Of a stretch of DNA of 64,000 bases, positions 35,401-46,562 are shown one piece after another. Position 1 is the stretch's first letter. Every line of letters starts with the position of its first letter. The notes below the pieces were generated by a model that was not told the origin of the DNA, searched no databases, and saw only the letters and a list, made by a program, of their open reading frames with translations. The position numbers were made by a program, and so were the translations under genes. The stretch is from Macrostomum lignano. Its lineage: Eukaryota. The DNA lies in assembly GCA_002269645.1 (NCBI GenBank), contig NIVC01000852.1, forward strand, positions 82,600 through 146,599, read 5' to 3'.

Positions 35401-37323
35401 TGCTGTTGGGTAGAATTGGTTGGTGTGCAGTTGATGTTGGATGCTGTTGGGTAGAGATGGTTGGTGTGCAGTTGATGTTGGATGCTGTTGGGTAGAATTG
35501 GTTGGTGTGCAGTTGATGTTGGATGCTGTTGGGTAGAGATGGTTGGTGTGCAGTTGATGTTGGATGCTGTTGGGTAGAATTGGTTGGTGTGCAGTTGATG
35601 TTGGATGCTGTTGGGTAGAATTGGTTGGTGTGCAGTTGATGTTGGATGCTGTTGGGTAGAGATGGTTGGTGTGCAGTTGATGTTGGATGCTGTTGGGTAG
35701 AGTTGGTTGGTGTGCAGTTGATGTTGGATGCTGTTGGGTAGAATTGGTTGGTGTCCGGTTGATGTTGGATGGTGTTGGGTAGAGTTGGTTGGTGTCCAGT
35801 TGATGTTGGATGATGTTGGATAGATTTGATTGGTGTCCAGTTGATGTTGGATGCTGTTGGATAGATTTGATTGGTGTCCGGTTGATGTTGGATGCTGTTG
35901 GGTAGAGTTGGTTGGTGTCCGGTTGATGTTGGATGCTGTTGGGTAGAGTTGGTTGGTGTCCGGTTGATGTTGGATGCTGTTGGGTAGAGTTAGTTGGTGT
36001 GCAGTTGATGTTGGATGCTGTTGGGTAGAATTGGTTGGTGTGCAGTTGATGTTGGATGCTGTTGGGTAGAGTTGGTTGGTGTCCAGTTGATGTTGGATGC
36101 TGTTGGATAGATTTGATTGGTGTCCGGTTGATGTTGGATGCTGTTAGGTAGAGTTGGTTGGTGTCCGGTTGATGTTGGATGCTGTTGGGTAGAGTTGGTT
36201 GGTGTCCGGTTGATGTTGGATGCTGTTGGGTAGAGTTGGTTGGTGTGCAGTTGATGTTGGATGCTGTTGGGTAGAATTGGTTGGTGTCCGGTTGATGTTG
36301 GATGGTGTTGGGTAGAGTTGGTTGGTGTCCAGTTGATGTTGGATGCTGTTGGATAGATTTGATTGGTGTCCAGTTGATGTTGGATGCTGTTGGATAGATT
36401 TGATTGGTGTCCGGTTGATGTTGGATGGTGTTGGGTAGAGTTGGTTGGTGTCCGGTTGATGTTGGATGCTGTTGGGTAGAGTTGGTTGGTGTCCGGTTGA
36501 TGTTGGATGGTGTTGGGTAGAGTTGGTTGGTGTCCGGTTGATGTTGGATGCTGTTGGGTAGAGTTGGTTGGTGTCCGGTTGATGTTGGATGCTGTTGGGT
36601 AGAGTTGGTTGGTGTCCGGTTGATGTTGGATGGTGTTGGGTAGAGTTGGTTGGTGTCCGGTTGATGTTGGATGCTGTTGGGTAGAGTTAGTTGGTGTGCA
36701 GTTGATGTTGGATGCTGTTGGGTAGAATTGGTTGGTGTCCGGTTGATGTTGGATGGTGTTGGGTAGAGTTGGTTGGTGTCCAGTTGATGTTGGATGCTGT
36801 TGGATAGATTTGATTGGTGTCCGGTTGATGTTGGATGCTGTTGGGTAGAGTTGGTTGGTGTCCGGTTGATGTTGGATGCTGTTGGGTAGAGTTGGTTGGT
36901 GTCCGGTTGATGGTTGATGCTTTTGGATTGAGTTGGTTGGTGTCCGGTTGATGGTTGATGCTGTTGGGAAGAGTTGGTTGGTGTCCGGTTGATGGTTGAT
37001 GCTTTTGGATAGAGTTGGTTGGTGTCCGGTTGATGGTTGATGCTTTTGGGTAGAGTTGGTTGGTGTCCGGTTGATGGTTGATGCTTTTGGATAGAGTTGG
37101 TTGGTGTCCGGTTGATGTTGGATGCTGCTTGGCAGATCATAGCTGCAATGATTGATGCAAGCATGCGTGTCATCGCTACAAACGTTTTCGCTTTCCGCAG
37201 GCTCAATTTCGAGTGTTCCACGGTCCGTGCAAAATTTCCAGCTTGAAATTCCTATCAGAAGGCACTCGTCTCGTGGCTGTGGGCGGCTCAGAAGCCTGCA
37301 TAATGCAGTGGAATGTGCTGTGA
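20438..37323 (+). CDS. Echinoderm microtubule-associated protein-like (EML/EMAP; HELP + WD40 TAPE domain) with EF-hand-like N-terminus; exons 20438-20564, 22370-22926, 23274-23371, 23466-23607, 23704-24137, 24892-25056, 26218-26380, 29434-29835, 31124-31735, 32665-32827, 33925-34211 (1-nt frameshift at ~34118), 34879-34974, 35072-35205, 37201-37323
   Basis: The HELP motif RLELDWV|YGYRGNDCRKNL...TGELVY...QRHY is split across phase-matched exons. WD repeats follow. The EML-type C-terminus reads NVTWSTHSC...GVW...AVGLDTGQVLLYRMPC and GGSEACIMQW-stop. All introns are GT-AG. Exon 1 is the least certain. Confidence 0.85.
20781..21058 (+). mobile_element. tRNA/CORE-type SINE (family A)
   Basis: A and B boxes and CORE-like block; lacks the GTACGCAGCCTTCAGATGCGCC segment seen in other copies. 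Confidence 0.9.
21251..21425. repeat. (TAGG)n microsatellite, degenerating 3'
   Basis: Direct tetranucleotide run. Confidence 0.93.
22205..22312. repeat. Degenerate (CCCTAA/CCCTAC)n patch
   Basis: Short, impure telomere-like pentamer/hexamer repeats inside an intron. Confidence 0.7.
22931..23200. repeat. 27/28-bp minisatellite (CCGTTCAGACTGCATGTCACTTACAGT) starting a few nt after a splice donor
   Basis: About 9-10 copies; extends ORF 22423-23238 artefactually. Confidence 0.93.
24280..24560. repeat. (CTCCT)n polypyrimidine repeat
   Basis: Direct pentamer run. Confidence 0.95.
25089..25760. repeat. 10-bp polypurine repeat (GAGAAGAGGG)n
   Basis: Direct periodicity. Confidence 0.95.
26810..26823 (+). 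promoter_or_regulatory. Conserved upstream motif GGAAAAACGTGCCG of the peptide-precursor genes
   Basis: An identical 14-mer lies at 39284-39297 upstream of the third copy. Both are followed by a GCATARATGC box and a shared GCCAGCTCAATCGCA leader. Confidence 0.5.
26936..27169 (+). CDS. Secreted prepropeptide, 77 aa, putative antimicrobial peptide precursor (copy 1, intact, intronless, nested in an EML intron)
   Basis: MKWQLALGLLLCAALAAAVP (signal-like), then an acidic pro region (9 Glu), KK, and GIRIRKVVRVIRNIKKVAHAIAN (7 K/R, no acidic residues, helical periodicity). GC3-rich codons resemble the neighbouring genes. Paralogues lie at 37.9 and 39.4 kb. Confidence 0.8.
   Translation: MKWQLALGLLLCAALAAAVPSQQEEAETTSALEAVANLEESGLTEEGFQQLAKKGIRIRKVVRVIRNIKKVAHAIAN
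27545..28137. repeat. 44-bp minisatellite (CATCAGTTGAAACATTATTAACCTATCGGCAATTTGTCTATGGG), ~13 copies
   Basis: Period of 44 (27602, 27646, ...); very homogeneous. Confidence 0.97.
28589..29286. mobile_element. Non-autonomous TIR element (MITE), 698 bp, 259-bp TIRs, 8-bp TSD
   Basis: Arms 28589-28847 and 29028-29286 are near-perfect reverse complements with termini CAAGG...CCTTG. TTATATAC flanks both sides (28581-28588 and 29287-29294). Confidence 0.93.
30044..30908 (-). mobile_element. Possible solo LTR
   Basis: TG...CA termini with ATCC on both flanks (30040-43 and 30909-12). A TATA-like CCTATAAATA lies on the minus strand at ~30710. No internal retroelement ORF was seen. Confidence 0.3.
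31801..32575. repeat. (CCTT)n microsatellite
   Basis: Near-pure tetranucleotide run of ~775 bp. Confidence 0.98.
32890..33395. mobile_element. Older, degenerate relative of the 28589-29286 MITE
   Basis: Shares AGGAGGCAGA.CCA.TGTT and TAAAGCTTTC...AAAATTAGGATT with the left arm, and GGATCTGCCTCCTATCAAAAGT...TGCTGAAAAATGAAAAT with the right arm. Confidence 0.65.
33466..33768 (+). mobile_element. tRNA/CORE-type SINE (family A), full length
   Basis: A and B boxes, CORE-like block, 3' body, ATT tail. Confidence 0.9.
34260..34566 (+). mobile_element. tRNA/CORE-type SINE (family A)
   Basis: Altered tRNA head, intact CORE-like block and 3' body, AAT/ATT tail. Confidence 0.9.
35228..37127. repeat. 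41-bp minisatellite (GTTGGTTGGTGTCCGGTTGATGTTGGATGCTGTTGGGTAGA), ~46 copies
   Basis: A 41-aa period in the minus-strand ORFs equals three 41-nt units; the array fills the last EML intron. Confidence 0.97.
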
Positions 37324-37890
37324 AACTGCAATCTGTGCCTTTTCTAATAAAATTTACGTTAAAACGCTTCCTTCCGTTAAATTTCTGAATTTTGACGCAA
37401 ACTGTGCACAAATCTATGCAAGCACCTGAGTTGCTAGCAAAGCTTCACGTAAAAAAGTAGCTCGTATACCTACGAGATGAAAAGCAAAAAGGTGCATGGT
37501 CATGTTGGGTCGTATAGATGAACTTCTTGGATCATTTCTGGTTAGACATGGGTTGAATATCAATCAAGATACAAATTAGTGTTGCTACAAAGAAATTGGT
37601 AGGTAGTCTTAGAAGTCACACCGTCGAAAAACTGCTTTGAGAGATTAACGTAATAACACAATTGTACTCCATCTTATAGTGACTTTATACATTGACTTCC
37701 AGATTCAAAATTTTGACATAAACTTACGTTTGCTCTGATAGTTTTTACGCAGAACCGTCAGGTAACACAAAAACTGAGGCAAGGCAATCGCAATGAAGGT
37801 GAGGTAAACAATGAATTGTGTGAGAAAGTATCAATCACTCTTTGCCCAACACAAAAGTACAAACAAGTTCGTTGCCAAAGTCCAAGAAAG

Positions 37891-38019
37891 TCAATCGCAG
37901 ACTCTCAGGTTCATCAGCTCGCCCAGCAACAGACTCTGGCCAAGAAGGGCATCCGCATCAGGAAGATGGTCCGCGTCAACAGGAACATCAAGAAAGTCGC
38001 CCATGCCATGGCCAACTGA
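37891..38019 (+). pseudogene. Peptide-precursor copy 2, 5'-deleted (signal and pro region lost)
   Basis: The leader matches copy 1 up to CAACAGACTC, then jumps to TGGCCAAGAAGGGC and reads LAKKGIRIRKMVRVNRNIKKVAHAMAN-stop. There is no upstream in-frame ATG. Confidence 0.8.
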
Positions 38020-38403
38020 AGACCCTCGGAAGTCTGACAGTTCGCTAAAACCTGAATGTGTCACAATACTTTCGAACCACGAGCTCCTTGGCTAAAATAC
38101 AAGAGCGTAAATAAATAATATAACAAGTTGATTTCATTTCAGAGTTTATTTCGTGCGGCAATATCAGCTAATAGCTACTATATAGTAATATTATGCGATT
38201 ATAGTACTCGTAGTTTTCTCGTGGAAGTCAAAGTCTTTTTAAACTGTCGACATAATCATGACGTCATCATAATTACAAGAGGGCTGCGGGCGACATCGGT
38301 TCCACAACCAGCGCTGAGACTTTCTAATCGTCAGGGATGTACACTTGGCCTTGGGGGCTGGCGAAGTTTAATTCAGAAGTTCAGACATTTGGTTTGAATT
38401 TTG

Positions 38404-38912
38404 GGGCGCTTTCATTAGTTTCACTTTGCCGAAAAGCACTCTCTTTCACTAGGCCGAAAGTTCACATTTGCCGAAAAATCATTTTAGCAGCGTCCTTACT
38501 ATGGTCGAAAGGGGGTGTGAACTTAAGCCTCCAAAATGGAACCGCAAGCAGTGACGATTTCTCTGCACCAGTTTCTTTATTTTGACCTCAGTGTTACTCT
38601 GCTACCAAAGTGGCAGCACGATATGGTCACTCAGTTTTTTTGTATTGAATATTTTCGACATTTCTGACTTCATTTGGGGGTGAACTCTGATTGCTTATTA
38701 TTTTCATTGCATTTTCTGTCTCAGTCGGATGGACTTTTAAGTTATAGAGTGCTCGTATGTTTTTATGGCTCCTTTGAAAGCATGCAGATTTGCCTGGATT
38801 CCGATTCGTAGAATATGCATGGCTCTAAGATTCACTTTAATGTTATCATGTTAGTTTCGGCCTAGTGAAGGAAGATGCTTTCGGCGAAGTGAAATTTCGG
38901 CCTCGGCGCTAC
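38404..38912. mobile_element. MITE-like element with ~55-bp imperfect TIRs
   Basis: TTCACTAGGCCGAAA (38445-59) is the exact reverse complement of TTTCGGCCTAGTGAA (38855-69). The inverted match extends outward through TTTCACTT.GCCGAAA. No TSD was identified. Confidence 0.6.
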
Positions 38913-39381
38913 AGTGCCCATAAAAGCTGACAACATCCTATTGCGATAATAAATTTTCCAATGAATTGCGTGTATAACGTCCTTCTAATTTAGTTGTTAA
39001 TGTTACAATCCTATTGTAGAAAAAATTCTTTGTTTAACTTCTGCCTCAAACGTATTCGTTAATAAAGTAGTGCATACAACAACGCTTGGGCTGGAACTAA
39101 CTTTAGATAGGGCAAATAGTGAGACAGTGGCAGCTTCATCAAACAGTCTATTGAGTAGATTTTGAGCAAAGTTTACCTAGCTAAGATTGACACTGCTTGG
39201 CCATTAAATTGCTGTAAAGTGCAATAAAAGTCAAGCCCTTAACACGTGAAAGTGTCGAGGTCAAACAGAGCATTCCAAGCTCAGGAAAAACGTGCCGAAT
39301 TTTGAGCATAAATGCAGACAATTTAGCCAGCTCAATCGCAGACTCTCAGCTTCATCAGCAGGCAGCCCAACAGACTCAATC

Positions 39382-39616
39382 ATGAAGTGGCAGCTCGCTC
39401 TCGGATTTCTGCTCTGCGCAGCCCTGGCCGCGGCCGCTCCCAACCAATAGCGACTCAAACCAGGAGGAGACTGAGAACTTGGCCGCTATGCGGGCCATGT
39501 CCGACGTGGACGCGTCCGCCCTGACAGGGGAGAGAGGCCTCTTCGGCATGGTGATCGGAACTGCCAAGGTTGTTGGCAAAATTGCCAAGGCTGTCAAGGC
39601 GGCGCGCAATTCTTGA
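39382..39616 (+). pseudogene. Peptide-precursor copy 3, divergent mature peptide, disrupted by a 16-nt insertion (stop + frameshift)
   Basis: MKWQLALGFLLCAALAAAAPNQ-TAG (39448-50), then in another frame QEETENLAAMRAMSDVDASALTGER-GLFGMVIGTAKVVGKIAKAVKAARNS-TGA (39616). Confidence 0.8.
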
Positions 39617-40099
39617 GAGAACTTTTGAGGGATGAGTTTTCCCGGACTGTGTTTTTTCGAATGCGGTTCTTTTCGGGCAAAGTACAAAATAAACAACAGT
39701 TCTGCCTACTTATTGGTCAATAGTAGTAGTAGAGTATTACGCACAGGTATGGAAATTTCTGGGAATAGTTAGAGCTTCAAATGATTGCTAGTTGTTCAAA
39801 AGTTGAATTAGAAGAAAAAATCAAACGGTCTCTATATAGAAAATCTGTTTAACAATCTTCATTCAGAAATATATTTACATTTTTACAAAAAAATTGAAAA
39901 GCCTGCAGTGGAAAATGCAGATTGTCTTGGCTTGCTTTTATTGCCTTTCTAAGCTGGATGTAAAGAACGGGCCAAAAAGTTTCAATTAGGAAAATTTCTC
40001 CAATTAAGAAATCTGTGGTTAAATTTGTAGATGCATGCGAAATTGAGCAAATCAGTGACATCACAGGTGTCAGCAGTAGGTACTTTGTACAGTTTTGGT

Positions 40100-41012
40100 T
40101 AACCTTCCTGGTTGGAATCTTTCCGGTTGGAATCCTTCCAGTTGGAATCCTTCCGGTTGGAATCCTTATGGTTGGAATCCCTCCGGTTGAAATCCTTCCA
40201 GTTGGAATCCTTCCGGTTGGAATCCTTCCAGTTGGAATCCTTCCGGTTGGAATCCTTCCAGTTGGAATCCTTCCGGTTGGAATCCTTCCAGTTGGAATCC
40301 TTCCAGTTGGAATCCTTCCGGTTGGAATCCTTCCGGTTGGAATCCTTCCGGTTGGAATCCTTCCAGTTGGAATCCTTCCAGTTGGAATCCTTCCGGTTGA
40401 AATCCTTCCGGTTGGAATCCTTCCGGTTGGAATCCTTCCGGTTGGAATCTTTCCGGTTGGAATCCTTCCAGTTGGAATCCTTCCAGTTGGAATCCTTCCG
40501 GTTGGAATCCTTCCGGTTGGAATCCTTCCGGTTGGAATCCTTCCAGTTGGAATCCTTCCAGTTGGAATCCTTCCGGTTGGAATCCTTCCGGTTGGAATCC
40601 TTCCGGTTGGAATCTTTCCGGTTGGAATCCTTCCAGTTGGAATCCTTCCAGTTGGAATCCTTCCAGTTGGAATCCTTCCGGTTGGAATCCTTCCGGTTGG
40701 AATCCTTCCAGTTGGAATCCTTCCAGTTGGAATCCTTCCGGTTGAAATCCTTCCAGTTGGAATCCTTCCGGTTGGAATCCTTCTAGTTGGAATCCTTCCG
40801 GTTGGAATCCTTCCGGTTGGAATCCTTCCAGTTGGAATCCTTCCAGTTGGAATCCTTCCGGTTGAAATCCTTCCAGTTGGAATCCTTCCGGTTGGAATCC
40901 TTCTAGTTGGAATCCTTCCGGTTGGAATCCTTCCGGTTGGAATCCTTCCGGTTGAAATCCTTCCGGTTGGAATCCTTCCGGTTGGAATCCTTCCGGTTGG
41001 AATCCTTCCGGG
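40100..41012. repeat. 15-bp minisatellite (GGTTGGAATCCTTCC), ~60 copies
   Basis: Source of the (ILPVG)n, (GRIPT)n and (EGFQP)n ORFs; ends ~30 bp downstream of the kinase stop codon. Confidence 0.97.
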
Positions 41013-41043
41013 TGGCAACATTCCCGGTTTGAGAATGATAGAA

Positions 41044-42066
41044 TCAAGCTCCAACCAGAAAGGTGTGTCCCAGCAGCTCTTTAGCAGTTGGCCGCTCAAT
41101 CGGGTCTTTTCTGGTGCACCGATCGTAAAAGTCCACCAGTCGGCGATTACAACCATCAGGCAGCCGCGGCATCGGGCTGTACATCACCGCGTAACAGACG
41201 GCCATCCCGTTGGACTTGTCCGAGTGAGGTGGCTGGCCGCACTGCAACTCGAAGAGGGCGCAGCCCAGAGCGAACACGTCAGACTTGGTGGAGTAAGCCC
41301 GGGTCTCGTAGACCTCTGGCGCCATGAAGCGATGCGTGCCAGCCAGCGAGTGGCTGACAGCTGGCGCGCCCTGGACCGCCAGGCCGAGGTCAACGATTTT
41401 GGCCACGTTGTCCCGGCTCGACAGCATGATGTTGGAGCCCTTGACGTCGCGGTGAATGATTGACGGCTGCCGGCTGTGCAGGTAGTGCAAGCCGCAGCAG
41501 GTCTAACAGGGTTGAAAGATAAAGCTTGGTTGCTGATTGGGGTCTAAACTCCAAAACATCCAAGCCGAGTGAGAACGATTTTTACTCACCTGAGTCATGA
41601 GCGATCGCAAATCGTCTTCGCTGAAGGGCCCTTTCCGTCTCAACTCAGCGAGATTCCGGCCGTCGATCAGCTCCATGACAACGTACAGCAGGCCGGGCTC
41701 GCTGCTGCTGTCAAAGTGCAGGTAGCGGACCACGTTTTCGTGGCTGAGCTTCAGTAGGAACTCGGCGCCGCGAATCTCCCGCCGATAGTCATGATCTGGA
41801 CTGTCGCCGGGTCCGCGCCAGCGTCGACGCGCATTCGGCCGTTCGCCGACCTCTTTAATGGCCGCTGGCTGGCCTTTGAAAGTGCCGCGAAGTACGCGGC
41901 CGAATGCGCCCTCGCCGATGACGCGGGGCGGTCGGTCGGGCGGGCCGGTGGACCAGAGCCGGCTGGGCTGCCGGCTGAGACACGAGACGGCGCCGGCGAG
42001 ACTCGGGAGACGCGACCGGCTGCTCAGAGGGCGGATGGAGGTTTGTTGAGGGGTGAAAGTTGGCAT
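41044..42066 (-). CDS. Ser/Thr protein kinase, catalytic-domain-only (~311 aa); exons 42066-41590 and 41502-41044
   Basis: GEGAFGRV, AAIKEV, alphaC Glu, LYVVMEL, HRDVKGSN, DLG, GTHRFMAPE and KSDVFALGC are present. The intron is GT-AG, phase 0. Confidence 0.9.
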
Positions 42067-42344
42067 ATATCCCCTAATTATCGTACGGTACTAGCGCACC
42101 AAGCCCCCCCCCCATAAGGGGGAATTCAAATTCAAAATATTTGACCCAGCGCTTCCAAATCGAATTTCTTATCGCAGGGTTTTCTGTATTTTTTCTCAAT
42201 TTCATATTCTTCGATACGTATCGGCTTTATTTCTCTAGTTTTATATTTTTCGATACATATCGGCTTTTTTCTGCAGTTTTATTGGTTTTCGATACATAAC
42301 GGATTTATTTCTCGGCCAGACGGTTCTCGAAAAAAACAAATTAC

Positions 42345-42670
<326 letters not shown>

Positions 42671-45399
42671 TGTTTTAAGTTGAATGGTTCTCTTCTCACC
42701 TGTTGGCCGCAGCATCATTAGCTGCATCAGCCGGTGCCATGGTTCCCGACCTGCGCGGCAGGCCAGCCGAAGACTTCGGTCGGTTGATCAGTGGCAGCAG
42801 TGTTGACATAGATAGGGTTTTGTCACGCAGTCAAAGGAGGGTTGAATTTGCTATAAACTGCTCCAGACAGTTTTGTCAGCTTTATACGTAGAGCCCCACA
42901 CCAATCCAGGTAGATGTGGGCCTCAAGATGCAATCTAAATTCAGAATTTCGTCATAAACGCCAGCCTTTTTTAGACCAGACTCTCGCGTCATCAAAAAGC
43001 ACCGTTGTTTTTTTTGCAATGATATCACAGGTGTACTTTATTGCCTCGCGGGCTATGATGGCGAAGAAGCTGCGGGTTCTTACTCGGACTCTGGCCTCAA
43101 GTGCCCTCTCGCCCTCTCGCCCTCTCGCCCTCTCGCCCTCTCGCCCTCTCGCCGCTGCTTCCAGCTGGACAATAGAAAGAATAAATAGATAGCAGTTTAG
43201 TCACCTGACCATGCAGGTTGCTCATGCAGAGAGCGGGTGTTTGCCCTGCCACTGAAAATGGCTCTCTCCCCTCGATCTTGTAAATCAAGTCCTGTGACAA
43301 GCAGAGCAAAAATCTTTTGTGCAACGGGAGGAACGTTTTTTTATCACATCTCCACCATGCTACTTTAAGTGGCAGTACGTAAAAATAACTTTATTCTATG
43401 ATTTTTTACTTACTAAATTAATCAGGCTTTCAAGCGATTTAATTAACGGTGGTTGCAAAATACCGAAGACAATATCTGGGTAACTGCGAGTCAATATCTA
43501 GTCTGCTCAAGGTTCATTAGCAGTCATCACACTAACTGTGTATGTGTGAACTAAATGGAATCATATCTACAATAATGGCTTGAAAGTACCTGAATGCGAC
43601 ATTTTTATTACTAATATACTTGATTCAAGAAGGAACAAAGACAAAAAGTTAAGCTAATGATGCCACTTGTGAGTATTTATTAAAAGGATTATAATAATAT
43701 GAAAAATGACACTTTTCACTACATACAGGACATCAGAGTAACATGTCGTGCGTGCTAAATATAAAATATAAAATTAAATATTTGATTATGTGATTAAAAA
43801 TGGTTTTGTCCCATCAGCGCAGTGTATCTTTGAGGTTTACGTCCTCTTATACTACAGTGGGAGTCATTAGCCACTTTTTAATTGTTTCACTAATTAATCT
43901 GCGCTGTGATGTACTTCCTACAAACCCTCATCTCCACGATTGCAAGCATAAAAAATGCAGAAATTTTTTGTAATTATTTGCCTCTATTTTGCTGAGGAGT
44001 CAGTAATGCTTTTGTGTAATGGCCCTTGCGTTTTTAGACGAGAGAGAGAGCGAGAGAGAGAGAGGCAGCCTCAATATGAAAGAGGCAGACGCGTTGCTAC
44101 ATCACAAGCTACATCAACTGAAAGAGCTTGAGGCCTTCAAAGCTTTGCTAGCTATTGAACTTTGAGTCTCTATCTCTCTCTCTCCAGCTTCGGTTCTGCT
44201 TAACCTACCTGTGCCACTTGCACAGAGTATCTGCCACAGTGCTGCATTACATTCACTGGCACTGTGTGACGTCAGCACTGCCAGTTAAAAGTTTTGTCAA
44301 AAATAAAACCAGAGGGAGGGAAGAGAGGGAGAGAAAGCCATTACAATAATAAGAGTAAGAAGAGACACTGCCAGCCCCCTTACTGCGTAGCACTTTGGTG
44401 CATTGTGAATGAACTGCTTCTATTATTTAAAGACTGCTCGCTACCCACGCCCATCTCTCACAACTGTGTGTAATTGTTTATGTCAGGTCGGCACCAAAGT
44501 GCGACACAGTGCGTGCGCCACCACGTACTGAGCTGACGGCTTCTGCACTCGCTTCATCTTTCTGGCACTCTGCAACAGCCAGCGTTTGTCAAGTATACCG
44601 CAACCCGTGGGTGGGAGCCGTGAAAAGTTCTTACAATAATAATTTGCTCCGAGAAAGTTCGAAACTCACTATTGATTATTTTTGATTTTCGGAAACTCTG
44701 CTTTAGTCAAGGCAAGTTCATAGTCACCATGGTGCCACCTGTTGAAGGTGCCGACGGCATCGGGATGATGACAGAATGCTTGAGAGTCTAGCTGAAGATG
44801 TCTAGCAGTTGAGGCTTGATCAGCGAAACCAGAGAAATTCGCACTAGAGCGTCTATAGTCACCTGGTGCCACCTGTTGAAGGTCCGGAAGCTCTGGGTGG
44901 ATGAATTCCAGTGACCAACAAAGTTAGCTGATGAAATTTGGAGGCTTAAGTTTTGTACAAAGCAAATAAACAAAAATAGAAAAAACTCTTACAAAAATTT
45001 CTCTAGCAATGTTGCCAGCAATTGTTCGCCTAACATTTAAATAATTGTTTACTTGAGGTAAAATCAGATCATGTCTCTCTCGCAGCTTTCAAAGAGACAA
45101 TTGGGATCAGGGTTGAACAGTTTGGATATGTTTGAGTTTGCCCAATCGCGCACAAAATTGTTTATACAGAAATAGAATGAGCAGCAGGCATTGTATCTAC
45201 TGTATTAAAATGCCAGTTAAAACAAAATGACAGCTAAGAGCCGACTTTGTTCCGGAAGTTCTTCCTCAAGCAATTTTAACTTAGCTCTGAAAATCCTTTT
45301 TAAAATGGGAATTCACGATGAGCGGGAGACAAGAGCAGGGAACAAGCATAAAAAGAGCTTATCTTGTAGAGCTATGTCTATTCTCGGATGGAAGTCTAT

Positions 45400-46562
45400 T
45401 GTTGACTGTCTGTGATTAGTTGTTAATTTTCTATTGTTGACTGTCTGTGATTAGTTGTTAATTGGCTATTGTTGACTGTCTGTGATTAGTTGTTAATTGG
45501 CTATTGTTGACTGTCTGTGATTAGTTGTTAATTGGCTATTGTTGACTGTCTGTAACTAGTTGTTAATTTTCTATTGTTGACTGTCTGTGATTAGTTGTTA
45601 ATTGGCTATTGTTGACTGTCTGTGATTAGTTGTTAATTTTCTATTGTTGACTGTCTGTGATTAGTTGTTAATTGGCTATTGTTGACTGTCTGTGATTAGT
45701 TGTTAATTGGCTATTGTTGACTGTCTGTGATTAGTTGTTAATTGGCTATTGTTGACTGTCTGTAACTAGTTGTTAATTTTCTATTGTTGACTGTCTGTGA
45801 TTAGTTGTTAATTGGCTATTGTTGACTGTCTGTGATTAGTTGTTAATTGGCTATTGTTGACTGTCTGTGATTAGTTGTTAATTGGCTATTGTTGACTGTC
45901 TGTAACTAGTTGTTAATTGTCTATTGTTGACTGTCTGTGATTAGTTGTTAATTTTCTATTGTTGACTGTCTGTGATTAGTTGTTAATTGGCTATTGTTGA
46001 CTGTCTGTGATTAGTTGTTAATTGTCTATTGTTGACTGTCTGTGATTAGTTGTTAATTTTCTATTGTTGACTGTCTGTGATTAGTTGTTAATTGTCTATT
46101 GTTGACTGTCTGTGATTAGTTGTTAATTGTCTATTGTTGACTGTCTGTGATTAGTTGTTAATTGGCTATTGTTGACTGTCTGTGATTAGTTGTTAATTGG
46201 CTATTGTTGACTGTCTGTGATTAGTTGTTAATTGGCTATTGTTGACTGTCTGTAACTAGTTGTTAATTGGCTATTGTTGACTGTCTGTGATTAGTTGTTA
46301 ATTGGCTATTGTTGACTGTCTGTGATTAGTTGTTAATTGGCTATTGTTGACTGTCTGTAACTAGTTGTTAATTGTCTATTGTTGACTGTCTGTGATTAGT
46401 TGTTAATTTTCTATTGTTGACTGTCTGTGATTAGTTGTTAATTGTCTATTGTTGACTGTCTGTGATTAGTTGTTAATTGTCTATTGTTGACTGTCTGTGA
46501 TCAGTTGTTAATTGCCTATTGTTGACTGTCTGTGATTAGTTGTTAATTGGCTATTGTTGACA
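45400..46562. repeat. 35-bp minisatellite (CTATTGTTGACTGTCTGTGATTAGTTGTTAATTGG), ~33 copies
   Basis: Direct periodicity. Confidence 0.97.

Noticed and set aside
35131-37411. 696-aa and 473-aa Q/T/P/N-rich ORFs resembling mucin or adhesive proteins
   Set aside because: Antisense read-through of a 41-bp intronic satellite that lacks stops in all frames; the ends overlap EML exons on the other strand.
39849-41463. (GRIPT)n, (ILPVG)n and (EGFQP)n elastin-like ORFs
   Set aside because: A 15-bp satellite open in multiple frames; the unique tail of the + ORF is antisense to the kinase.
42690-42860. Possible minus-strand exon (NPIYVN motif, CAG|GTGAG donor) of the PTB gene
   Set aside because: The frame containing the motif hits a stop before the donor, and the PTB ORF already terminates at 47005.
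44690-44960. Duplicated TAGTCACC(A)TGGTGCCACCTGTTGAAGGT segment with a LamG-like FNRWHQVTI translation
   Set aside because: Too short, interrupted by stops, and no supporting exons.
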